Origin: an uncultured Gemmatimonadota bacterium
Lineage (GTDB): Bacteria; SM23-81
Direction: 5' to 3'
Length of the DNA: 19,350 nucleotides
NCBI GenBank assembly: GCA_964584035.1
Contig: CAZOYL010000041.1
Coordinates: 1 to 19,350 of the forward strand
This document shows, piece after piece, positions 1 through 6,516 of this stretch; position 1 is the first letter of the stretch; every line of letters starts with the position of its first letter. Under the pieces are notes generated by a model. It was not told the DNA's origin. It saw only the letters and a program-made list of their open reading frames with translations, and ran no database searches. A program made the translations under genes and the position numbers.

Positions 1-1516
1 GATCGACCATGGAACCACGATAGTAAAAGGTCTTGCCCGTCCACTTCTCTAAAAACCGCGGCAGGTTCTCCAGACCGCCGCTGTAGTGATTGTTTGCGCT
101 GGACACATTGCCGGTCATGAAACAGGCGTTCACGGTGGTGTTGCTGGCCACCCGCAGACTCAGAGAGCCGGTGCTGCGGTAGTCCTGCCATGAGTTGGAG
201 AGGACATTGTAGGCATCGGTCAGCAGGGCGGCCGGCTGTTTATTGATGCTGTTGTAATCGCCCCAGGTATACAGGGGATTTTCGGTAGCTACCGTCAGGG
301 GACCGTTCAGCTCTTCGCCGTCCACCAGCCGGATGGCCCCGTTGTTCTCATCGGTGTGAGCGGCATACAGGATGCCGTTGTCCGGGTAATATCCGCTGGC
401 ATTCAGCGCGGCAATATCGATGTCATAGGAGGAAACCCATTGGCTCTCGCGATAGTTAAAGAAGTACCCGGCACTGAGAATGCCATCGTCCTCAAAATCC
501 TGGGTGACATCCTGCCATTCGTTCTCATCGTCCCTCCAATAGACCGAACCGTTCACCATCTTCAGACCGGCCTTGTGCTCGAAACTGTCGGGATTGTCGT
601 CGCCGCGCCTGATCAGGTCGATGGGATCGCCGGCGGTGACCACGGGAAGATAAAGCTCGGTGATGCCGTGAGCGCTGTCCTCCACCCGGCCGTCCCAGCG
701 CTGCAGGGAGGAGAACACCCAGTTCTCATCCTGGCTGTCCAGCCAGGACCCGTCGTCGCTTCTCATGTCCTCGTATTCCTCAACGGCATCCATGATCAAC
801 ACATTTCCGTAGCTGGTTGACTTTCCGGAGTCGGGATGCCGGCCGTGATAGATATTCCCCGCGGCCGTGGTATAGGAATCGATGGACAGGCTGTTGTCGG
901 CCTGCAGATACATATCCATGTTGGTGTGCACCCGCCCGCCCAGAGTCATATAGGGGCCCGGAGCGATCTCCAGATCGTCCTCGTAGAAAACGGCAAACTG
1001 GAACAGGGGAATCAGCGCGTCTTCCACATCCTGAGTCACTTCGGCCCGGGCGCGATAGGCGCCGCCGACGGCATCCGCCTCCACCGTGAACGATTTCACC
1101 AGCGCGTACAGACCCTTATAGGCTCCGTGTGTGAGATAGTCGATCTGCGGCGCACCATGATCGACGGTTCCGTAGGTGACCGTATAACCATTCAGATCGA
1201 ATTGGCCGCCGGGCAGAGGATCCGGCGGCAAACCAGTATTCTCATATCCATGCATAACGGCGCCGATGGCCTTCTCCAATCCCGCCTCAGCGGCATAGAA
1301 GACCGTCTTTCCGGTTCGGTCCACGCCGCTGATGTCCAGCTCCGTCTTGGACGTCATCACCGTGACGGTGCCGATCAAAGTCAACAGCAGCACGATGGCC
1401 ATAACGGTCAGCAGGGCCACGCCCCGTTCATTCGTCCAGGGATATTCCGCTTTCAGAGGTCTCGTCCTGGCTTGTGGCCTGACCATCTTGGCTTGTGCAA
1501 ACGTCGTCATCAACAT
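1..1516 (-). CDS. pilX: PilX/GspK-like minor pilin with a large C-terminal domain (3' end beyond the window, >500 aa)
   Basis: Absent from the ORF track because it has no stop in the window. Manual translation is open from ATG-ATG-ATG (1522/1519/1516; RBS GAGAGGTG) to position 2. Class III signal NERG|VALLTVMAIVLLLTLIGTVTV lacks Glu+5, and the PilX-N motif VFYAAEAGLEKA follows. Later motifs: IPLFQFAVFYEDDLEIAPGP..GRVHTN and YSGGLENLPRFLEKW. Which ATG is used is uncertain. Confidence 0.8.
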   Translation of the reverse strand, partial: MLMTTFAQAKMVRPQARTRPLKAEYPWTNERGVALLTVMAIVLLLTLIGTVTVMTSKTELDISGVDRTGKTVFYAAEAGLEKAIGAVMHGYENTGLPPDPLPGGQFDLNGYTVTYGTVDHGAPQIDYLTHGAYKGLYALVKSFTVEADAVGGAYRARAEVTQDVEDALIPLFQFAVFYEDDLEIAPGPYMTLGGRVHTNMDMYLQADNSLSIDSYTTAAGNIYHGRHPDSGKSTSYGNVLIMDAVEEYEDMRSDDGSWLDSQDENWVFSSLQRWDGRVEDSAHGITELYLPVVTAGDPIDLIRRGDDNPDSFEHKAGLKMVNGSVYWRDDENEWQDVTQDFEDDGILSAGYFFNYRESQWVSSYDIDIAALNASGYYPDNGILYAAHTDENNGAIRLVDGEELNGPLTVATENPLYTWGDYNSINKQPAALLTDAYNVLSNSWQDYRSTGSLSLRVASNTTVNACFMTGNVSSANNHYSGGLENLPRFLEKWTGKTFYYRGSMVD

Positions 1517-1546
1517 CATCATCACCTCTCTCGACCGTCGCCGGCA

Positions 1547-2386
1547 TCAAAGTCCCAGATTACGGGCATCGACGCGACAGACCAGCATCCGCCGACGGTA
1601 CCCGTCATCATGATCCAGATCGGCCCACTCGGGATCCTGGCGTTCCGTCCGGGCTTGCAACTCGACCTGTATCTCCCTGACATCGTTGATATTGCTGGGC
1701 TGGGAGGTGGTCGATCCATCTTTCAGGATGTAGCTCACCTGAAGATCTTCCACGTTTTCGGCGAAAACCTCCGGCGTCTGGCCGTTCATCGACCGCATCA
1801 GGGCGGGATGGCCGGAGTCGGACAGCTCATCGATGAAGTACATCATCTCCTGCATGGCGATCACCTGGGGGTTGTCCTTTTTATCATACACATTCTGCAG
1901 GTTCACCACAGCATGGATCTCAAACCACCCCTCCCCCTCGTTGGTATCCACATGATCGACCTCGAACCACTCCGACTGCCCGGTGAAATCCCAGATATAA
2001 GCCCGTAATCCCGGAAGAAAACAGGAAACTCCGTCCCGTGTATGCATCGTGTTGGATTGCACGCTCTTACCGATCACGGCATAGCAATCGCTGAGATTCT
2101 GTCGCAACATAATCGTATCGGGATCACTGTCCACAGATGCAACCGGATCCAGACCGGTGGGAAAATATCCGTATCCGGCCATACGGATGTTCCTGACCAG
2201 CTCGTTCATCGAGACCCGCACGCTCTGCTGGGTTTCGACCACCTGTTCCTGGATAAGACAGTGTTTCTGCTGGTTGAGATACAGCGACAGCCCGGCGCCG
2301 ATGATGATGCCCGTGATGGCGGCAGCCACCACCAGCTCCACCAGTGAAAACCCATTGTGTCGTTTTCTGTTCTTGGATCGCAACAT
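1547..2386 (-). CDS. pilW: Type IV minor pilin, PilW-like
   Basis: Basic leader and prepilin site HNG|FSLVELVVAAAITGIIIG; PilW-like helix QQSVRVSMNELVRNIRMAGYG; C-terminal VFAENVEDLQVSY..VREIQVELQART; lies between pilV-like and pilX-like genes. Confidence 0.8.
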   Translation of the reverse strand: MLRSKNRKRHNGFSLVELVVAAAITGIIIGAGLSLYLNQQKHCLIQEQVVETQQSVRVSMNELVRNIRMAGYGYFPTGLDPVASVDSDPDTIMLRQNLSDCYAVIGKSVQSNTMHTRDGVSCFLPGLRAYIWDFTGQSEWFEVDHVDTNEGEGWFEIHAVVNLQNVYDKKDNPQVIAMQEMMYFIDELSDSGHPALMRSMNGQTPEVFAENVEDLQVSYILKDGSTTSQPSNINDVREIQVELQARTERQDPEWADLDHDDGYRRRMLVCRVDARNLGL

Positions 2387-2409
2387 GAATCATCATCCTC
2401 TCAGCACAG

Positions 2410-2784
2410 CTATTTGGCACGAGCCTGCAACGTGGTAATGGACACCTGATGATCCTCACCGTCCTGATCCATCCAGTCCAGCGTCAGGATAATGCGCAGC
2501 AGTTCGTCCTGACCGGCCTCTGACGCGATGGTCCAGCTGCGTATCAGCGTTCCCACCGTATCCTGGCCGCTGGGATTCGCCAGCAGGTAATTATGGCTCT
2601 TATTCTTGAACTCCTCGAATTTATCCTGAGCCAGCGTGGAAGCCCGGGTAAGATCGGCGCCCAGCCGATTGCTCCGCATGGAAACGACCAGCAGAGGAGC
2701 CAGCCAGGCCAAAGCGATGGCCAGCAGGATCATGGCCACCATGACCTCTACCAATGTCATCCCCCTCTGATCGAGATGTCTCAT
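2410..2784 (-). CDS. pilV: Type IV minor pilin, PilV-like (124 aa)
   Basis: Start reassigned to ATG at 2784 (RBS AAGGAAG overlapping the upstream stop). MRHLDQRG|MTLVEVMVAMILLAIAL prepilin motif, followed by ASTLAQDKFEEFK. Confidence 0.75.
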   Translation of the reverse strand: MRHLDQRGMTLVEVMVAMILLAIALAWLAPLLVVSMRSNRLGADLTRASTLAQDKFEEFKNKSHNYLLANPSGQDTVGTLIRSWTIASEAGQDELLRIILTLDWMDQDGEDHQVSITTLQARAK

Positions 2785-2797
2785 GGCCATCACTTCC

Positions 2798-3283
2798 TTA
2801 TCGAATGATCTTGACGCGACCGGTGCTGGGGAGAACATCGACCATGACCGTATCGCTGCGTCCGGCCAATCCCATGGACAGCCATCCTCCGTTGGAGGAA
2901 CCATCCGTCTTGAAAATGGCCACAGCGCTGGTGAAAGACACATGACGAATCTGGCTCTTCTTGTATAGTTCCCGGGTGAGCAGAGCCCCATCGGAGCCGG
3001 GATTGTAGGTTTCGTCCAGGTTGTCATCCGAGAAGAAAACATACTGTGCCGGGCTCTCATCGGCATCGATGAAAATACCATACTGCACGCCCTCGGCCAC
3101 CGCCCGCATGCGGGCCAGCCGAAAAACGGAGGCTACGTCTCGAATGTCTCCCCGAAAGCGAATGGCGGGCAGATGCTTGGTCAGGCTGGGCACAGCCATG
3201 GCCATGAGGATACCCAGTAGGGCCACGGTGATGGCCAGCTCGACCAGCGTCGTCCCGCGGATATGTTCTTTTCCAGCAAACAT
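2798..3283 (-). CDS. FimT/FimU/GspH-family minor pilin
   Basis: Prepilin motif HIRG|TTLVELAITVALLGILMAMAVP; GspH/FimT helix VASVFRLARMRAV; C-terminal IFKTDGS and VLPSTGRVKI. Start ATG at 3283 or 3286 after GAGGA. Confidence 0.8.
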   Translation of the reverse strand: MFAGKEHIRGTTLVELAITVALLGILMAMAVPSLTKHLPAIRFRGDIRDVASVFRLARMRAVAEGVQYGIFIDADESPAQYVFFSDDNLDETYNPGSDGALLTRELYKKSQIRHVSFTSAVAIFKTDGSSNGGWLSMGLAGRSDTVMVDVLPSTGRVKIIR

Positions 3284-3293
3284 CATTCCTCGC

Positions 3294-3326
3294 AAAAAAA
3301 AATCTACCTGCCGGATGCAAGTAGAT
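3294..3326 (-). terminator. Intrinsic terminator forming the riboswitch expression platform
   Basis: Minus strand AUCUACUUGC-AUCCG-GCAGGUAGAU (10-bp stem with one G-U) followed by 8 U, immediately upstream of the fimT-like RBS. Confidence 0.9.
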
Positions 3327-3333
3327 CAGCATG

Positions 3334-3507
3334 CTCCTGCAGCCCGGCTGTCTTTCCCTTGTGCGAAACCCTAAGGCCCGTGGCTGGGCAACTCGATTCA
3401 GGTTCCTCACCGGTCCTTCGCGTCAGCACGGCCGTCGCGGAGACCGTCATAAAGACCCGTGGCTTTGCGTCCCACCCTCGCGGGTGGTTTGCCCTTACTT
3501 ATAGGAG
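3334..3507 (-). ncRNA. Cyclic di-GMP-I (GEMM-I) riboswitch aptamer with an enlarged P3
   Basis: Minus strand AAGGGCAAACCACCC-GCGA-GGGUGGGACGCAAAGCCACGGGUCUUU ... AAAGACAGCCGGGCUGCAGGAG matches the GEMM-I signature: GGCAAA, P2 with a GNRA loop, GACGCAAAGC, and the 3' GACAGCCGGGCUGC. The G20 and C92 equivalents (Vc2 numbering) are canonical. Candidate P1 is CUCCU (3503-3507) with AGGAG (3334-3338). Confidence 0.88.
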
Positions 3508-4284
3508 TAATAAGTCTGTATATGCCCTGATGATATCACTGCCCCAGAAGATCACCACCACCGTCCCGATGGCGATGAAGGGGCCGAAGGGAATATAGTG
3601 CTGGCGTCCTTTCAGTCCCACGATGATCAGCGCCAGGCCCGTCAGGGCTCCCACCAGGATGGCTGCGAACAGCGACAGCAACACGCTTTGCCATCCTATA
3701 AAAGCGCCGACCAGCGCTGCCAGCTTGAGATCACCACCTCCCATGCTTTCTTTTTTGAAGATCAACTCGCCCAGAAAGGCGATCAGCAGTAACGTTCCTC
3801 CCCCGACAACCGCACCCAGAAGAAATTTCCAGATATCGCCGGGCGACACGACCGCATTGATGGCCAGCCCCAGGACGATGCCCGGCAGGGTGATCCGATC
3901 CGGGATGATCATCCGGTCCAGGTCGGTGAAGGTGGCCACGACTAAAAAACCGATCAGAGCGAACAATATGGCCGCCTGCACGGTGGGCCCAAAAACGATG
4001 AACAGCAAAACCGCCAGTCCCCCGGTCAGAGCTTCCACCACCGGATATCGTATCGAGATGCGCTGGCCGCAGTGACGGCACCGACCCCGCAGGATGAAGT
4101 AACTGATCAGGGGAACGTTGTCTCGCGGAGCGATCCGGGTCTGGCACCGTGGACATCGCGACGGAGGCTGGACGATGGACTGTCCTCGGGGCAGACGCCA
4201 GATGCACACATTGAGAAAACTTCCCACCAGAGAACCGAACAGAAAACAGATCCCCGAACCGATAACCTTTATCCAAAATGTCAA
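3499..4284 (-). CDS. pilD: Prepilin peptidase / N-methyltransferase (peptidase A24)
   Basis: GSFLNVCIWRLP, Zn motif CPRC..CRHC, catalytic Asp motifs FTDLD and MGGGDLKL, C-terminal IPFGPF. Start reassigned to TTG at 4284 (RBS AGGGAG); the ORF-track extension to 4332 overlaps the post-pilA hairpin. Confidence 0.95.
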   Translation of the reverse strand: MTFWIKVIGSGICFLFGSLVGSFLNVCIWRLPRGQSIVQPPSRCPRCQTRIAPRDNVPLISYFILRGRCRHCGQRISIRYPVVEALTGGLAVLLFIVFGPTVQAAILFALIGFLVVATFTDLDRMIIPDRITLPGIVLGLAINAVVSPGDIWKFLLGAVVGGGTLLLIAFLGELIFKKESMGGGDLKLAALVGAFIGWQSVLLSLFAAILVGALTGLALIIVGLKGRQHYIPFGPFIAIGTVVVIFWGSDIIRAYTDLLLL

Positions 4285-4321
4285 TAGAGACTCCCTGTCA
4301 ACTCCCCGGCGAGGGGAAATG

Positions 4322-4362
4322 GGGGAAGACAAGGGAAGAATCGATCAACCCTTGCCTTCCCC
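4322..4362 (-). terminator. Strong hairpin downstream of pilA (probable partial terminator or mRNA stabiliser)
   Basis: Minus strand GGGGAAGGCAAGGG-13 nt-CCCUUGUCUUCCCC (14-bp stem, one G-U), followed only by CAUUU. Confidence 0.65.
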
Positions 4363-4380
4363 GATCGACCGGCGATTTCT

Positions 4381-4800
4381 TTACCAGGTGATGCCGTTGC
4401 CTCCGGCCGTGATACCATCCTGATCCATAGTCAGGTATCCAGTGACAGTGCCATTGCCGTCCACGTCGACGGCCTCGGTGGCTGTCGCCGTGAAGTTGGC
4501 TGTGCTGTCCGTGCTCTCCACCTTGTACTGGAAGCGTGAAGTCCCCTCGGGAAGATCGAACCCGATGGGATCACAGGCTGCCCCGTTGGCGAAGGTCTGG
4601 TAGGCGTCATGCTCGTTGAAGTAAGCCTTCTCCAGTGTGAAGATCTCCTTGAGAATGGTCTTGGCCTCGGAAACCTTAGCTTTCCCGGTCACCTTGATAA
4701 ACTTGGGAATGGCCAGGGCCGCCAGGATACCGATGATGACGACCACGATCATCAACTCGATAAGCGTGAAACCGCGTCGGTTGTGGAGTCTCATCAACAT
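4381..4800 (-). CDS. pilA: Type IVa major pilin (129-aa mature form)
   Basis: MLMRLHNRRG|FTLIELMIVVVIIGILAALAIPKF; strong RBS AAGGAGGTGA; lies downstream of pilS-pilR with its own sigma54-type promoter and a 3' hairpin. Confidence 0.93.
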   Translation of the reverse strand: MLMRLHNRRGFTLIELMIVVVIIGILAALAIPKFIKVTGKAKVSEAKTILKEIFTLEKAYFNEHDAYQTFANGAACDPIGFDLPEGTSRFQYKVESTDSTANFTATATEAVDVDGNGTVTGYLTMDQDGITAGGNGITW

Positions 4801-4879
4801 CTGAACTCACCTCCTTCTCCGTTGATGTATTTCTTGAGTTGCCAGGATTTCGCTCAATGAAACGGCATGATATAGGATG

Positions 4880-4896
4880 AGCAAATTCCAAACCAA
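4880..4896 (-). promoter_or_regulatory. Putative sigma54 (RpoN) -24/-12 promoter of pilA
   Basis: Minus strand TTGGTTTGGAATTTGCT gives GG-N10-GC with a TTGCT -12 element, about 80 nt upstream of pilA and next to the sigma54 activator gene pilR. Confidence 0.7.
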
Positions 4897-4947
4897 AACA
4901 GGCCATTGACGTTGCGACTTTCGTTACCTCATGCACAACCCTTTGCC

Positions 4948-4960
4948 AATAAACTTGTTA
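4948..4960. promoter_or_regulatory. Putative IHF binding site
   Basis: AATAAACTTGTTA has one mismatch to WATCAA-N4-TTR and lies between the sigma54 promoter and the candidate enhancer. Confidence 0.45.
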
Positions 4961-5027
4961 GTCGCAACATGTTTTTTTTATTGAAATATCGTCTTTCTGC
5001 GCCCGGCGATGAAATCTCCCGTCGCTG

Positions 5028-5057
5028 TTGCAAAGTGCCAGAAACCTAGGCATTTTG
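5028..5057. promoter_or_regulatory. Candidate PilR enhancer (upstream activating sequence)
   Basis: TTGCAAAGTGCCA plus the inverted repeat CAAAGTGCC-N9-GGCATTTTG (8/9 match), about 130-160 bp upstream of the -24 element. Confidence 0.4.
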
Positions 5058-5098
5058 AGTTCTTAATATCAGTTTATTACTCTTTCTTACCTGATAAA

Positions 5099-6460
5099 CT
5101 ACCTGATGTCTTTGAGACCATATTTTTCGATCTTACGATAGAGCGTCGAGGGATCGATGCCTAGAATTTCGGCGGCGCGCTGCTTCTGCCATCCCGACTC
5201 CTGGAGAATCCAATAGATGTAGGCCCTTTCGATAGTCTCCATGGTGGGATTCTCGGGCTCCTTCGTTTTGGTCAGCAATTGCCCCTGGCCCGTGGCGATC
5301 TTTTCCGGCAGATCCTTCTCTGCGATGGTGACCCCCTGGACAAGGGTTACTGCCCGCTCGATGACGTTTTCCAGCTCGCGGACATTTCCCGGCCAGGAAT
5401 ATTGCATCAGGATCTTCTGGGCCTCGGCGTTGAACTTTTTGATTTTACCCTCTCGATCGAGGTAACTCTCGAGAAAATGTTCGATCAGCAGGGGAATATC
5501 CTCCTTGCGCTCCCGCAGAGGCGGTATATGCAGGGGAATGACGTTCAGACGGTAGAACAGATCCTTACGAAACCGCCCCATGTTGACTTCGCTCTCCAGA
5601 TCGGCGTTGGTGGCGGCCACCAGACGGACATCCACCTTGATGGGAGCTATGCCGCCCACCGGCACAATCTCCTTTTCCTGCAGTACGCGGAGAAGTTTGA
5701 CCTGAATGCGAGGCGTCATCTCTCCCACCTCATCCAGGAAAAAGGTTCCCTCATTGGCCACTTCGAGGAGCCCTTTTTTATCCTTGATGGCCCCGGTGAA
5801 GGAGCCCTTCTTGTGGCCGAACAGCTCGCTTTCCAGTAATTCCTCAGGTAGAGCACCGCAATTGACTGTTACGAAGGTGTTTTCACTGCGATAACTGTGC
5901 TGGTGAATGGCCCGAGCCACCAGCTCTTTGCCGGTCCCGCTTTCACCGGTCAGAAGCACGGTGCTATCGCTGTCGGCGACTTTTCGCACCTGGTCCAAGA
6001 CCTCGACGATGACATCGCTCTTGCCGATGATATTGCTGAATCCTTCCGTTTTTTTTAACCGTTTCTTGAGGTAAATATTTTCGGTCCGTATCTTTCCCTG
6101 TTCCAGCGCTCTGGCGACGGCCAGCTTGATTTCATCCACCTTGAAGGGTTTGGTGATATAATCGAAGGCCCCTTTCTTGAGAGCCTCGATGGCCGATTCG
6201 ATCGTGGCGAAAGCGGTCATGATGATCACGTAAGGGGCCGACTCCATTTTTGCTATCTCGTCAATCAGCTCCAGGCCGTTCATTTCCTTCATCTTGAGGT
6301 CGCTGATGACCACATCGAAGGTGTCTTTCGACATCTTCTTCAAGGCTTCCTTGGCCGATAGCGCCGTGGTGATCTGGTAGCCCTCTTTCTTCAGCATGAT
6401 GGAGAGAAAATTGCACATGCTTTCTTCATCATCGACCACTAAGATCTTTTCACTCGCCAT
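5099..6460 (-). CDS. pilR: Sigma54-dependent NtrC-family response regulator PilR
   Basis: Receiver domain (ILVVDDE, ISDLKM, DYITKPF); AAA+ domain (GESGTGKE, ESELFGHKKGSFTGA, FFLDEVGE, WPGNVRELEN); Fis-type HTH (AAEILGIDPSTLYRKIEKY). Start reassigned to ATG at 6460 (RBS GAAGGGAG). Confidence 0.93.
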   Translation of the reverse strand: MASEKILVVDDEESMCNFLSIMLKKEGYQITTALSAKEALKKMSKDTFDVVISDLKMKEMNGLELIDEIAKMESAPYVIIMTAFATIESAIEALKKGAFDYITKPFKVDEIKLAVARALEQGKIRTENIYLKKRLKKTEGFSNIIGKSDVIVEVLDQVRKVADSDSTVLLTGESGTGKELVARAIHQHSYRSENTFVTVNCGALPEELLESELFGHKKGSFTGAIKDKKGLLEVANEGTFFLDEVGEMTPRIQVKLLRVLQEKEIVPVGGIAPIKVDVRLVAATNADLESEVNMGRFRKDLFYRLNVIPLHIPPLRERKEDIPLLIEHFLESYLDREGKIKKFNAEAQKILMQYSWPGNVRELENVIERAVTLVQGVTIAEKDLPEKIATGQGQLLTKTKEPENPTMETIERAYIYWILQESGWQKQRAAEILGIDPSTLYRKIEKYGLKDIR

Positions 6461-6516
6461 GAATGCTCCCTTCATCCGGTGTCCGGCAATTCTCCGATCG
6501 GCGGAGGGGCTCCCCC

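Noticed and set aside
356..2008. Long plus-strand ORFs 356-820 and 836-2008
   Set aside because: Antisense shadows of pilX and pilW; no recognisable motifs, whereas the minus-strand frames carry clear pilin signatures.
2785..3081. N-terminal extension of ORF 2410-3081
   Set aside because: It overlaps the fimT-like gene in another frame; the prepilin leader and RBS place the start at 2784.
3491..3496. Riboswitch as a 3'3'-cGAMP-sensing GEMM-Ib variant (Geobacter type)
   Set aside because: The discriminator position (G20 equivalent in AAGGGCAAA) is G rather than A, which favours c-di-GMP; only a binding assay can fully exclude cGAMP.
4279..4301. Two TTGACA hexamers on the minus strand at the pilD start, as a sigma70 -35 element
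   Set aside because: Neither has a credible -10 box at 16-18 nt spacing, and one includes the probable TTG start codon.
2459..4428. Identical pentapeptide MDQDG in PilV and PilA (shared TCCTGATCCAT) as a recombination cassette
   Set aside because: Only 11 nt of identity with no flanking homology; compatible with chance or a common turn motif.
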